DNA of 64,000 nucleotides from Monocercomonoides exilis PA203 (GCA_001643675.2 LSRY02000064.1:355424-419423); one strand, 5' to 3'. Shown: positions 11,009 to 25,600, counted from the stretch's first letter. Program-made: numbers and translations. Notes: generated by a model from the sequence alone, not told the origin.

Positions 11009-12547
11009 TTATCCGTTCATCTTTGCCAACTCATCCAACATTTGGCAATATTTATCAAAATTTTTTGTTGTTAATTTTTTCGTTGAAACAGCTTCTGCAA
11101 TAATTGAAGGAATAATCCAAAACCCAGAATCACAAAGAAAACCATTTTTTTCTTCGTACATTTCAATTGCAGATTTGTACATTCTAAAATCGAATAATGC
11201 AAATGAAACATCAACTTTATGACCATTCAAAAGTGCTTTTCCTTCATTATGGTTGATGTCTGAATTGTCAATTGTACTTTCATCCAATTCTTCAATCAAA
11301 GATGTGAAAGCAGATTTTGTTTTCGGCTCTAGTTTTTTTTGATCGATCATATTGTTGCTCTTTTCGCTTTCATTATCAAAAACTGACTCAAAAAATTTCT
11401 TCATTTTCTTGCCTTTCTCTTTCTCAATATGTAATTGTACAATTCTTTCATGGTAGCTCAAAGCTTCGTTCCCAAATGGCGAATGCTCTGCAGCTGTCTT
11501 CAAATAATTCTCTTCAGCTTCACATTGAGGGATTTCACCGTGTTGCTCATTCTCACTTTTTTCTTGCTCCTCTCCTTTGATCGTTGGATAAACTTCTTCA
11601 TTTTTTTTATCTAAAGGAAACATTACAGAAGAAGATGAAGAAGAATGAGGTGAAATGACTTGATAAGCTTCTTCCTTCGAATATCTGCTCGTAACTCCTT
11701 CGCCCAATGTATTTTTATTTTTGTAAATATCCTTTTTGCAGTTTAAGCTTTTCTCTTTATCGCAAGACCCAAACCATCGCAAGGAAGAAAAAATAGTTTG
11801 CTTTTTTAAATTATTCAAAGTACAATCCAAGTTAGTGTTTCTAATTCCAACAGAGTCAAAAGAATTCATCATGTGATGAATTATTGTTGATGTTAAGCAA
11901 GCTTTATATTTGGGATTATTACAGTAATATGCGGTGCTGGAGTTTTGATCTGTAGCTGTTGTTATGGCCATAACATTTATATCTTCAGGTAATAAACCAT
12001 CAAATAGACTTGATGAATAGGCTGAATCAACAAGAATAACAAGTTTTCTGAACATTTTCTTTTCATGCATTTTCTTGAGTATTGAAATAAGTTCATCTGC
12101 ATATAAATGAGGCCCATTTGGAAAAGATAGAAATCCAGGAGCACCTCTGTCGGAAAAGAAAATAAAAACATCGTCTTCCTGATTGCTTTTAAGAACTTTT
12201 TGTCCGTGCAATGAATCTCCCAGTAAAACAGACTTAAAAATTTGTGCATTAACGTTGTTTTCTCGATATGATATAACATCGCTTCCGAGAGAAACGTCTG
12301 GGCCATCTGGTTCATTAAATATTTTCCCTGGAAATGGATTTTGCCTGTTAAATGCAATATCATCGTGCACCATACAAATGATATTTTCATTTTTTATTCC
12401 ATTTTTTAACAATAATGAATACATTCTGCCAACATCAGATTGATGCCTGTAATTAGAAAATCCTTTTGAACCCGAAACTAAAACAGCCCAATTTATTCCA
12501 TAATTTACAGAAACAAATATGCACAACAGTGGCACCCATGTAATCAT
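11009..12547 (-). CDS. Legumain / peptidase C13 homologue, predicted catalytically inactive
   Basis: Signal peptide from ATG 12547, WAVLVSGS..NYRHQSD, DDIA..NPFPGKIFNEPDGPDV. The catalytic DHG reads DRG and EACESGS reads DSAYSSS. Confidence 0.9.
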   Translation of the reverse strand: MITWVPLLCIFVSVNYGINWAVLVSGSKGFSNYRHQSDVGRMYSLLLKNGIKNENIICMVHDDIAFNRQNPFPGKIFNEPDGPDVSLGSDVISYRENNVNAQIFKSVLLGDSLHGQKVLKSNQEDDVFIFFSDRGAPGFLSFPNGPHLYADELISILKKMHEKKMFRKLVILVDSAYSSSLFDGLLPEDINVMAITTATDQNSSTAYYCNNPKYKACLTSTIIHHMMNSFDSVGIRNTNLDCTLNNLKKQTIFSSLRWFGSCDKEKSLNCKKDIYKNKNTLGEGVTSRYSKEEAYQVISPHSSSSSSVMFPLDKKNEEVYPTIKGEEQEKSENEQHGEIPQCEAEENYLKTAAEHSPFGNEALSYHERIVQLHIEKEKGKKMKKFFESVFDNESEKSNNMIDQKKLEPKTKSAFTSLIEELDESTIDNSDINHNEGKALLNGHKVDVSFALFDFRMYKSAIEMYEEKNGFLCDSGFWIIPSIIAEAVSTKKLTTKNFDKYCQMLDELAKMNG

Positions 12548-12776
12548 GTTCAATTTCTTTCTTTATAATTTTCAAAAATTCACCAATATTTTGATCTGCA
12601 GTTATAATTATTTTCTGAAATTGATAATTATTAAAAACAATCCCATACGGTTATAAATTGAATTTGTTAACCAGCAATAGACTCTTTATCATTTCATGTG
12701 GATTTTTCATTTTCGAAGTATATGCAAGATCTATTAAGATCGAAAACAGAGACTTTTGCCTTAATCCATTTGAAAC

Positions 12777-15210
12777 ATGGAAACGCAAGCATCTGTTACT
12801 AATTATATCTCTCGAAGAATTGAAGTCCTTGTGTTGATTGTTGCTTCAATACTGGCATTTCTTCCTCGTCTGCTGTCAGTTTTGAGATACGAAGCAGGTT
12901 TGATATTTTTTCATTTAACAAAACATTAAATGAAAAATGTTGATTTTCTATTCCAAAATTACATTGCATCAAATGACTTGATGATTTTTATTTGCGTAAT
13001 ATCGCTGATTAGTTATTCATGAATTTGATCCATATTTTAACTATCGTTCGTCTCAATATCTTGTTGACGAAGGTATCTACAAGTTCCACAACTGGTTTGA
13101 TGAGCGTGCATGGTATCCTCTCGGTCGTATTGTCGGAGGAACAGTTTATCCAGGACTTATGTGGAGTGCTGCTCTTGTGTACAAATTTATGGAATGGATT
13201 GGGTTTCCAGTTGATGTAAGAATTTCTTGCATTTTAGTTTCCCCAATATGGGCCTCGATGACTGTTCTTGTTACGTATGCCCTCACGAAAGCTGTGTGGA
13301 ATAGGCATGCTGCACTTATAGCAGCAATGCTTGTTTCAATTGTTCCCGGATATATGTCACGTTCAGTTTCTGGTTCATTTGATAATGAATGCATTTCTAT
13401 TTTTGCATTGCTTTGGGTATTTTATTATTGGATTCGATCAGTCCAAACTGGTTCTATGTGGATGGCACTTTTATGTGCAGGCGCTTATTTTTATATGGCT
13501 TCGGCTTGGGGAGGATATGTGTTTATTATTAACCTTATTCCTTTGTATGTTCTTGTGATGTTGATTTTTGGCCGTTATTCACGACGTCTTCATATTGCAT
13601 ACACATCGTTTTATGTGATGGGAATTCTTTCATCAATGCAGATCCAATTTGTTTCATTTATGCCCGTGCAATCAGGAGAGCATCTTGCATCATTTGGCAT
13701 ATTTGGACTGATGACGTTGATCGCTTTTCTTTTATTCTTGTACCGCTCTATGAGCAGAGAAGACTTCATGAAAACTTTGAAAGTTGGAGCATCTATCCTT
13801 GGAGGAGTAGCCTTTGTTGCAATGATTGGTTTGTATTACACTGGATATATCACTCCTTGGACAGGAAGATTTTACAATTTGTTGCATCCAACGTATGCTA
13901 AATCTCATATTCCCATTATTGCATCTGTCTCCGAACATCAGCCAACAGCATGGCCTCACTTCTTTTTCGATCTGCACTTGAACTCGCTTTTGTTTATCGC
14001 AGGAATTTACTTTATCTTCAAAAAAGTTAAGGAAGAGAAGTCAGTTGCCACAGCAGAACACGATCACGATGCTGCGGAGGTTGAGGCGAGAAAGGAGCAA
14101 GCAGCAAAGAATGATGGATTAATGTTTGTTGCTGTGTACAGTTGTGCTTCGCTTTATTTCTCAGGCGTGATGGTTCGTCTTATGCTTGTTTTGGCACCTG
14201 CCGCTTGCATCGTGGGTGCTATTGCAATTTCTGAGATTCTTTCCGTTATTGCTCGTAGAGCAATGAGATTTGCCAATGGTTCACGCGTTGGTTTGAAAAA
14301 TTCAACAGATACTGCAACAATCAACAGCACCATTACTAAGAACGAAGCAAATTCTGTGACAAAGAGCATCAATTCGACCGAGTCATCTTCAGCGTCTCGA
14401 AGCTCATCAGATTCGAATCGTCTTCCTATTAGAAGAACAACTTCAAAGCCAAAAAGCTTGATTTCTCTTCAGACAGTTCTTCCGTTCGTATCCTTAGGAA
14501 TTGTGAGCGTATTTTTGATGATTTATGGCCTGCATTGCATATGGGTGACATCAAATGCATACTCATCACCTTCAATTGTGTTTGCGTGGTATACAAATGA
14601 TGGAACTCGCGTGATGATTGATGATTTCAGAGAGGCATACTCATGGCTGCGTCACAACACAGACGTGAACGCTAAAGTGATGTCATGGTGGGATTACGGG
14701 TATCAGATTACTGCGGTTGCCAACAGGACCGTCATTGTGGATAACAACACCTGGAACAACTCACACATTGCTACCGTTGGTACAGCTATGTCATCAACAG
14801 AAGAAGACGCATGGCCAATTTTGCAATATCTTGATGTTGATTATATTCTTGTGCTGTTCGGTGGAATGAGCGGTTATTCTGGCGATGATGTGAACAAATT
14901 CCTGTGGATGGTTCGTATTGGTGGCGGAGTGTTCCCAAGAATTGTAGAGGCAGACTATTTGAGCAAGCGGGGCGAGTACCGTGTTGACAGCGAGGCTGGT
15001 CCAGCGTTCTTGAATTGCATTTTGTACAAAATGTGCTACTACAACTTCGGACAGATTACCACACGTGCTGATAAGCCAGCCGGGTTCGATCTTGCAAGAA
15101 ACCAAGTCATCGGAAACAAGGATATCTCATTTGAACATCTGGAAGAAGCATACACAACTCAGAGATGGATTGTGAGAATTTTCAAAGTGAAGAAGGAAGA
15201 AACTTTCTAA
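12777..15210 (+). CDS. STT3: Oligosaccharyltransferase catalytic subunit STT3 (exons 12777-12897 and 13013-15210)
   Basis: Splicing GTTTGA..GATTAG (12898-13012) restores [22 protein letters not shown]. Also SVSEHQP, WWDYG, DNNTWN and DDVNKFLWMVRIGG motifs, and many TM helices. Confidence 0.96.
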
Positions 15211-15611
15211 TATCGTTAAACACATTCTTGAATCAAATCTCTCCATATTTTTTTTATCTCTTTTTGATCACATTATTTGCCTTGCGTATCATGTCAACAA
15301 TATTTGAACTTATTCTATTTTTCTTTGATGATTTAAAATAGTGAGCCTTCTATTTCCAGTCATTATGTTTATTTTTATTTCTTCAATTTGGAAAAAAATT
15401 ATTTTTTTTAATAAATATAATGTAAGTTACAAAAAGGTGAAAACAAACTGCTTCAACAGTTTGCTGTAATTGCTTGCCATTTGAAATTTTTGGCTTTTTA
15501 TGTTCCTATTCACAATCACATAAAAATTAAAAAAAAGTTATAATTTTTGCTTTCTCAGTTTTCATAGGTTAGCATTTAGCACGTTCCACCTTTTTGACAA
15601 ACTTTGACAAT

Positions 15612-17310
15612 TCATAATTCAGGAGAAGAAGGAAGCGAGGGTGGCTGTGAATGAGGTGGTGAAGGAAAATCTTCAGATGCTTCATCCTCAAATTCAGCAT
15701 CAATCTGATTTTGCATTTGCTGGACTGGCTGATATCCTGCAAATATTCCTGAAAAAGGAGCACTGACGTTTGAATCTGAATTTTTGTGTTGATTTAACAG
15801 TGAAGGAATTACAAAAGCAGGAGGAGCGCTTCTATTTTGATTATAAGGACAAAAATCAGAAAACTTTGGTCTGAACATTTTTGGATCAAATTCGGATGAA
15901 ACAGATAATGAAAGACCATTCGATAAAGCAGAAGAAGCAGAATCATTATGAAATGATGCAAAATCGAGAGAAAAATCAGACTGATTCAGTGAGGATGATG
16001 ACGAAGATGATAAAATTGAAGATTTTGATGATTCATTCGCTTCTGTTTCAGACGGCAAAGAGGAAGAAGCAGCAGACTTTCGTGGAGCAAGCAGATTTAC
16101 TCTTTTGAGGAATTCCTTTGAATGTTTGTATTTCTGGTAAAGCGCTGATGAAGGTGTTGGAGGCAGCGGAAACCTGGGCTTCCTGAGGATAACCAGTGCT
16201 GAAAATGGTGATGATAGAATAGACTCGCCGTTTGCTGGTTGTGTGTTGTGCTTTTGTGTTCCTTCAGGCAAAGGCAGTAAAGATGTTTGTGCATAATTTG
16301 ATGTTATAGAAGCACTGCTGTTTTCTTTACTGCTGTCGAGCAAAAAAGCTGGAGGGATTTCTGGATACACAAGCAGCGGCGATGAAGGCTGCTCCAAATA
16401 AGGCTCGTCGTCTCTCATTCGGCGCTCGGCTGCTCTTTCCAACTCGGCAAAAAGAGGAGATAGAGTATTTGATGAATGGTTTGGTGGAAGAAAAAAATGA
16501 CTGCTAAAGGAAGATGGTTGTGCTGTGCTTTGGTAAGGGGGTGCGTTTAATGGCAAGGAAGATTGAAGATTTAATGAAGGAAATTGAGATGGGCAAGGGT
16601 GATGTTGAGATGCGAAAGTTGGATGTGGAAAAGGTTGGACGTCTGAAATAATTGGGGGTGGAACAAGAAAAGGATAAGGCATTTGAAACGGAAATGAGTC
16701 ATTCAAAGGCGCATTCACCGGAAAAGTATTGACCGGTAAGAAATATGAAGGAGAATCACTAGGAGGTGCAGAAGCGAGAGGAAGAGGATTAAAGGCACCA
16801 GAAGGAATAGGTGGAGGAAGAGGCTGGAAGGAGATTTCAGAGAAGGAAGGTGGGCGTGATTGTTCGGCTTGTGGTAAAACAAATGGTTGTATAACATGAG
16901 ACGAGGAAGAATTAAGTGTATTTTCTTGGATGGAATCTAAATGTAACATAGCTTCATTGCCTGTTGTATACTCTGTGCTTATTTTATTCATAGTCGAATT
17001 ATTAGTGCAATTTTCGAGAATAGGTACTCGAGATGCATCAGAATCCGTTTGCATGAGATTCGCATCAGTAGAAGAAATTAATTCCGGGTTAGGAACAGAA
17101 AGTGGAGGGAAGAAAGAAAGTGGAGGAGACAACGGATAACTCATTGAAGAAAAAGAAGACGAAGAATAGAAAGGATCTGCACCAGTAGGAAAATTATCGT
17201 TTTCCGTTGGATGATACAACAGCTCATTTTGACTGTTTGAAGGATCAATCTCTTTGGGATCTGCACTTTCGTCAAAAGAAAAGGAAAAAGAGGAAGAGGA
17301 AGAGGAGGAG

Positions 17311-17345
<35 letters not shown>

Positions 17346-18647
17346 GGATAATGAAGAGAATAATGATGAAGACAGCGTGTCTGCCAGATAGCCCTTTTCT
17401 ATCAGTTTCTTCAGTTGTTGCTGCTGCTGCATCTCTCGTCTCTCTTCGTCTTTCTTCAGAATAAGCTCCCCTCTCTCACGCGGAGTCAAAAGTCTCCTCT
17501 CCTCTCTGCGCTGCGCCTTCGCCAGCTGCTTCAGAAGTTTCCTTCTCCTCGCCTCTTTCTCCTTTGCTGCAAGTTCTGCATGTTCCAAGTCGTGCAGTTC
17601 GCACTGCAGCTCTTCCACAGTTTTTGGTTCAGTTGCCTTTTTCTCACATTCCTTGCTGTGTTCTCCTCCTCTCTTTCTTTTTCTGTCTGTTTCGTTGTCT
17701 TTTTCTTGACTCTCCTTTTTTGTGGTGTTTTCGTTTCGTAGATGTTCCTCTTCAGCGTCGTCCCACATTTTCGCTTCCTCCTCGTCTTTAATGTGCCACT
17801 TGCGAAGCCAAATTCCAAATTCCTTGTAAAAATTGACCGAGCTGATAATTTCGTTTCTAATGATAAGGCGGCTCTCCCGTTTCATCTTCCTTTCCTTCCA
17901 TTCCATTTCTTTGGCCAATTTTGACAGTTCAATATCTGGATCAAATGAATCATCAGATTCTGTGCATTCTCCAGCAAGGCAACCAGATTTCTGTACCGAT
18001 GCTTCTAATAAAAGCTTCTTCCTCTCCTCAAACCGCGCCCAATCGATTTCCAATTCTTTTTCCGCTTCTCTTCTAGTCATGTCGTCTTTGCGCCATTTTT
18101 CTGTTACTCTGGACGCAGCATTTCTAACGTCCATGGAACTATCTGCATACCTGTATGATCTATTATGCATTGCAGAAGATTTTTCAAAAAGAGTGATATG
18201 AGAAGGGCCAAATTTAAAAGGATCTTGTAATTTGGATTTTGTTGTTGAAGAAATAAGAGTGGAAAATGATTCTGTTGAAAGCTTATCAGAAGAATCAGAG
18301 TCTTCAGAATAGTCATTATCCAAACCACTTACAGAAATTGAAAAAGGAACTTTCGAGGACTCTGTAAATGAAGATGAGCAATCAAGAGAATTTAAAGGCT
18401 TTTCATGAATGGATTGTGGTTCAAAACGAAAAATTGAGGATGTTAACTTGCTATATTCGTTTGACTTTTCATTCTCTAAAAAGAATAAAGAGCTAAAAAT
18501 GCGAAAGAATTACTTATTTTGCACACCACCACACAAAGAAAATGGCTTTGAATAAGAAGAAGATGAATTTCTTTTCAATGAAGTGTGAGAATCACTAAAA
18601 CTCTGTCGCCTGTCATCCGATAAAGAAGTGTAATTATATTGCAACAT
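15612..18647 (-). CDS. Hypothetical protein: charged coiled-coil region, poly-Ser tract and Pro/Ser-rich disordered C-terminal half; 5' end uncertain
   Basis: The 903-aa ORF continues open upstream to a single in-frame TAA at 18510-18512. An in-frame ATG lies at 18647, so a short intron near 18476-18530 is required. Confidence 0.65.
17281..17350. repeat. (GAG/GAA)n trinucleotide tract encoding poly-Ser on the minus strand
   Basis: Visible run GAGGAAGAGGAAGAGGAGGAGGAG... Confidence 0.9.
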
Positions 18648-19681
18648 TGTATACGACTGATAGCGCAAAGATTCTAAAAATTTATAATTACAACAATTGT
18701 CTGATGAATTTTTTTGATTTTCTGTTCTCTTTATATATATGGAAACGGAAAAAAATGTTATCTATAAGTTATCCTTAAACAAATGTTTAATTGTTTTCAA
18801 ACCATGTCTGTAAAGCACATTTTCCGAATTTACATTATCTAAAAATGAAAAAGGTATAAAGGTTTATCTGAGAAAATATATATATTTGTTCATTATTTTT
18901 ATATGTGCATGCATGGATGGACGGATGTGGAAATTTTGTAACTCTGAGGAAATTGAAGTTTTTTCACGAATAAAAGAGAGAATAAAAAAACTCTTTGTTT
19001 TTGCTAATGATTATTTTAAAAAAAAGAAAAGCATGATGTCAAAGTGATTGTGTGCAATGAAAAAAAAAATTTGTAATCCAGCACGGCTGAAAATGGAACC
19101 TAATTTGCAATGTCAGTTTTTATTGGGTTGCAGTCCAAAAAACAAATTTTTAACAAAATTGAAAAAAAGATTTTGTGTTAAGGATGTTTTTATATTTGAT
19201 TATTCTGGCAAAAAAAGTGTTTTCAAAGCTGAATGGAAATCATTCACTCTTCATTTCATCCAACACGATTTATTATTGATGATCGAGGTGGATGGAATTC
19301 TCTTATTGCGAATTTTTGCTGTGTGAAATGAAAATTTTAAAAAATATTAAAGTAAACGAAATAGAACATTCCAGCAAACAAATTTCAATACAAAAATAAC
19401 ATTCTGTGCTCCGGTTAGGAAAACTCCATGAGTTCAAAGGAAAAAAGTGAAAGCCTCATCATGGCTCGGGACGAAGAATGCAGCGAATGACAATCCACTC
19501 CCGAAAGCATGAATATGATCGGCAACGCAGTTTCTTCTCAATGAGACATTAACAAAGGAAGGAATTGTTTTCAAATGAACATTCAATTCTTCTTGCCAAT
19601 ATTCTCTTGACACTACTTTTCAATTCTCCAAGCTTCTCAAATACATTTTATCATATGAAAAAAAGAAGAAAAAAATCAGTA

Positions 19682-22600
19682 TCATTTTATCCGAGTGAAG
19701 CTCCCATTTGTGTCTTCGCTGTCTGCCTCTTCACATCTCGATCCATCTCCAATATCCAACGCGTCTGATGCGGTCACAAACATCGACCCCATCGGGATCT
19801 TCATGAACAGCTCACGTTTCACATCCCCCAATGTCACCCGCTCATCCCAACCCTGCACTACGCACTTCTCCTCCAACATCCGAAGACTGCTCCCTCCCAT
19901 CTTCTCCACCTTCGGCCGCTCTCCATTCACTATCTTCTGCCCTGCCACCTCCGCCTCATACTCCCCAAACGGAACTTTGAGTGTCAGACACTCCCACAGC
20001 ATCATCCCAATCGCGAACACAACTGTCTTCTTCGTCGCATGCTTCTTTGTTCTATTCAGCAATTCAGGTGCCTTCCACCTCAAACACTCATTCCTGTTAT
20101 CCTCTTCATCTTCAAACGCTGATGAGGGCAGAGAATCTCTTTCATCACCATCATCACTGGTAGATGTCACAACTGTTGATGAAGATATTGAGGATGAGTC
20201 TGAATCTGAAGAAGAGCAGTCAGAATGCATTGCAACACAAATGACCATGTGTTCAGAGAACAGCACAATGAGCGGACTCAAATTGGCAAGTGACTGAAGC
20301 TTGTTCTCCATTTTATCAAACGAGTGAAGAGCAAGATTCGCAACCCAAAATAGAATTTGGGCAGCTGTCATCTCCCTCTCCTGCAGAGTGCCAATTGCCA
20401 TTTCCTTTGTCTTATTCCTTCCATGAAGCAGCATGAACAAAGAATCCCTCAGATCCACAATTAACTTTTCATGAGGAGATGAACAGGCAATCGCATCCAC
20501 CAGATTCGACATTGATGAGGTGGTTGGACATAGATCCTCTCCACGAACAAATGTTGAATCTGAATCAGTCGTTGAAGTGGTCGAGGTGGATGAGATGGAT
20601 GGTGATGGAGTCTGCTTTCTAATTTCCTCTTCTTCAACCTTTTCCAACATCCATTCTGGAATCTTGTCTGAATCTCTTCCTAGGATATATTCTGTTGATC
20701 CGCTCTCACTCAACAAATGCTCCGATGACTCGGAGTGTCCCAAGCTTTTCTCGTACACCCTCTTCTTGATCCTCTCTTCGTTCTTCTTTTCAGCTTCTCT
20801 CTCCGCTCTCCTCCACTGCTCCTCCGGTGACATCTCCATCGTCACCATCTCAAATGCTTTTGGATCCTTCTTCACTGAATCATTCACTATCTCCCTCAGA
20901 TCTTTATTCTCAATCTTTGCTCTTCTCCATCTGACAGCCAAAACAATAATGACTACAAGCAGTATTATACAAACAATGCATGCAATAATCACAATAATAG
21001 GCCATATCGATTTCCCCTCTTTTCTTCCTTCAGCAATCCTTTCATCTCCATTTCCTTTGTGTTCACTTCTGTTTTTCAGAATCAGCGGAAATGTCTCTGC
21101 CGATTGCTTTCCAAACAGAATCGTCACTGACACCTCTGTTTCATCTGAAGCCAATGAAATATTTTCTGATGGAACTCTTCCAATCACTTCATTTTCTGAT
21201 ACAAAACTGTCTTCCTCAAAACGATATGTCTCAACCAGCTCCACATCCCCTGTTTTATACACAAGTCTGAATGACAAGTCACAGGGCACAAAAAGAGATC
21301 CCTTGAATTGGATAAAAATCTTGCTTCCACTTTCATTCACAGAAACCTCTTCCAGTCTGGGAATGAAGAAAGGCGATGGTCTTTCTCCTGCTATTCCTCC
21401 AAGTGTGCATCCATCATTAAGAATCCAAAGCGATGAGTTATCCTTCAATCCATCTCCGCCTTTCAAGCTCGAAATGGTCAGTGAGGCAGAATCTGAACAA
21501 ATGATGTTTCGACGGAGAGAAGGATATTTTTCGATGAAAGGATTGTTGTTCAAAAACTCTCCTTTCTCGATTGTCACATCGCCAGCCGACACCGAAAATC
21601 CACCTGATGAAGCATTCGAAATTGTTGTGTATTTCATCACCATCGTTGAATTCGTTGAATGGACAACCGATCCATTCCATTCACATATTTCTTTCATGTC
21701 ATTTTCATGCTCCAATAACGCTTTGCTCGTTAACAAACCTTCAAATTCACACATATTCAAATAAGCATCTTTCATGTTGATCACTTCCATGACCCTTCCT
21801 TTGTCAGACAGAGAATAACATTTTGTGCAGGAACAGTTTGAAAATTCAAAATGAGCAGAGGTTGAAGAAGCCGAAAGAACAGAAGCTCCTTCTGAATTCC
21901 TTGAGCAGTTGTCGAATGACGAGCTTCCAACAGATATTGTTCCTGAAGATGAACTGCCAATTGCAAGGATGCAACCATCTGACAGCTTCACTCCATCCGC
22001 AGATACTCCATTAATGGACATTATTCCACAACTGCCAATCTCAAACACATCTGCTGTTGATTCAATCTCGTCCAGTTTCACATTCGTCAACGAAATCTCA
22101 TCTCCACTCAACAGAAATGAAGGCTTCTTGAATGAAAGGAGTGACACTGAGCAGTTGTCAACATGAACAATTCCACTTTCAATGCTCAGCAACGATGAGT
22201 TGAGAACAACAGGTTGAATGCTGTTTGACTCACCAACTGATGAAAAATCAACAAATGAAAGGGAAAGTTGGCCACTTGTTTCATGAACAACAGAACTGCC
22301 TGAAAATGAAAACGACTGGCCAAAGTCCAATTTCACACTCTCAATCCGAACTTTCCCTGATGTTGTGATAACATATCCTGCATCATTAACAATTGCAAAG
22401 CTCAGATGCACCAAAGCAGCTGGAGGAGATTCCAGAGGATGGACAACAACATCGTGAATGCTGCATTTCCCTCTCATCGCTGTTTCCTTTGATATCAACA
22501 GCTGCGAGTACGACGACGGGATGATGTGCTTCACTCCCACGTTCAATGACTCACACGGCCCATGCAATTCTCCACAGGAATTGAAATCAGAGTGATTCTC

Positions 22601-25600
22601 TGCACAAGCCGACACAAATATCGTCTCGCTCTGGTATTTCACAACCCTTAGAAGAAGATCCTCTTCCCCCTCAAACGAGTCTGTTGAACAGCCCCACATC
22701 GCCAGCTCCTTCACAAAAGGTGCTCTGAAATCCAGCAAGAACTGCTCATCAACTATCTGTGTTTCGATTGAGTGGCATCGAACATACACATCTCTCCCTC
22801 TCAACGCAGTGTTGTCTTTGAAGGTGAGATTCGACAGCACAAAGCTCAGAGGATGCTCAGCCACTGAGCAACACTCCAGAAACAGCCACCCACCTCTTCC
22901 TGTGGTTGAGCAGAAACACTCAGAAATCGTGCTAAACGAGCAGTCGAAGCTTCCTCCTTCATTCAACATGCAAAACATCCCTCCTCCCTTTCCACACTTC
23001 AACCCTCCGCATCTCTTCATTGTTGTGTTTCGAATCGCCATTTTCAATGGCTCATCATCATTGGCATTTCGAATGATGGGAATATCATCTGTTGTGTTCT
23101 GAGTGACTTCTTCGAATGAACTCCATTCAATAACAACATCTTGTTCCTCTTCATTTTTCTCTCTTCTTGAACTCTTTGATATTTTCAATCCGCTTGCTCC
23201 TTCCAGCTCAATGCTCTTCATCGTTAGATTATAAATGTTCAAAATCGTTGTTGATAACACAGAAACAACATCATGTGAAAAGCCGAGTGATTGAATTGAC
23301 ACCAATTCCAACACCACTGTCCCTCCATCTGCTTTGATCAGCCCATAATTCATAATCTCTCCCTCATTGTTTTCTTCATTTTTTGTGAATGAGCAGTCTT
23401 TCACAGTCAACAATCCCTCGCTTGATTCAACATGCATCAAATAATTCACTCCACTTGTGAATGATGAAGGAATCACAAACTTGATCAATTCAAAATTGGT
23501 AATTCCACAAATCTTCATTGCTGCTCCTTCTGTTCCTTCAATTGAAGAGTGACATTCCAAAGAGCACACATCGTTATCTTCCGATTTTATCGTCACCCCA
23601 CTGATATCAACACTCTTTTGAAGAATTCCTTTTCCATTGATCTTGATATTCCTTTCGTTTCCTTCAGGCAATCTCGTTAATGAATGGTCGATTGACAGGC
23701 AAGGATAATCTGAAAGTCCACAAATGCACACATCTTTTCCATCACCCCCAACAACGATCTCTGAGCCAAATGTTCGCCAGAAATAGATCAGTGGGATGGC
23801 ATTTGTCCCATCATCTCCATCAAAGCCGCTCAATGAATCCAACGAAATATCAGCCAGATGCTCAGACACAAATGGAAGTGAGGTGTTTGTGATGCTCTTT
23901 GTCAAGTTGGATGATTCAACAAACAGATTATTTCCATATCTCGCAGCATTTGGCTTGTCTGTATCAAAAACAGGAGATGAGACCACAAATGAAGAATCGC
24001 CATCAATCAACTTCAGCGCCATCCCTCCGCCAAACCCACTTTTCCCTTCTTCTCCAGCTGGTGCTGAACATCCTGTGAATGTGCATGAAACAATATTCAT
24101 TTGAATGTTTCCTTTCAACTGGGCATTGATAGCCCCTCCTCTGCTTCCATCATCCAACACAGAGCATCCATCAAAAACACACTCTTCAATATTTATTTGT
24201 GTGTTTGCATTATCATCATGGCTGTTGCAAATGCTCACACACCCTCCACTTCCAGCTGCTCTTTCGATTTCTGTGAAAGTGCAGTTAGCCATGTTCGACC
24301 ATGTGGTGATCATTAACTCCGCATTTGTCCCACTTCCAGACAGTGAGATCAATGGAATTGTGCTCAAGATGATTGACGAAGCAGAGAAGAAATCAATAAC
24401 CAACGAACCAGAATCAACAGATAAGAACAGGCATGCTAATTCTGATGAAGGATCTTGAAGAGAAATAGAGCAATGAGACAGAGTCAGTTGTGACGAAGAT
24501 GAAACGAAAGTCTGGTGAAGAGGAAGAGAAGATGGAAGAGAGAAGATAAGTGCTGAAAGCACTGTTTCCACTCCAACTGTCACCATTGCTGTGTTTGTTT
24601 CTGTGGTTGTATCAGAAACTGTCCAACCACTCTGATCATCATTTCCTCTGATTTCATGTTTCTGTCCAGCAAATGCCAATTCATCACTCATCAATATCAT
24701 TCCATTCACAACAATTTTCTTTTCTCCTGTTTGTCTTGTGAGGGAGTGCTTCATTGTCAAACAAGGAAACTCGACTATTCCACAATGTGAGTGATTGGAT
24801 GCCTCGACGTTGCTCACATATATTTCTTCTGGGGTGGGGAGGAGATAAATGCACAGAGGAATGGCCACACTCGTGTTTCCATTGTCATATCCCCTCACTT
24901 TCTCAAGAGAATCCAATGAATCTGTAACACATCTGATGTTTTCTGATTTTGCCGTTTCTTCCAGATTGGGTGAAAGGACAAAGATATCATTCCCCCATTT
25001 AGCTGTGTTTGTTCCAAAAGATGAGGATATCAGGAACTCAGAATTTTCGTTCAATAATCGAAGAAGTATTCCACCCCCAAGACCATTGGAAGCTGAGCAA
25101 AAGCACCCATCAAAGGTCCCGCCTTTCACTCTCACTTCATTTTCATTCCCAACACATAGCATCATTGATCCTCCGTCAGTAGATGTTCCGCTTCCACATC
25201 CTTCAAAAAAACAAGAATTCATATCAATGTTTGCCTTATCGTTCGAAAACAACATCACAGCTGCTCCGCTCGTTGTTCTCTCAATCCCATCAAACGTGCA
25301 TTCTGATAGTGTTAATGAAACTTCATTTGTTAAAGAAAGCGAAAACAATGAATTTGTGGAAATTGTCTTTGCCAAGTTCACATGTTCCATCTGAAACATC
25401 CCATTCTGCACATTTATCAGCTCTCTCGTGAATGCTATTTCTGTTGATTGCCCACTTCCAATAGATATATTCAGTTTGTTGATGCTCATTCCTCCTGCTC
25501 CACTTATCTCAAACAGCCTTGATCCACGATTGTTTGAATGGACTGGATCATACACAAGAACAAAGTCTCTGGTAATTAATGTGCCTGTTGAGACTGAAAA

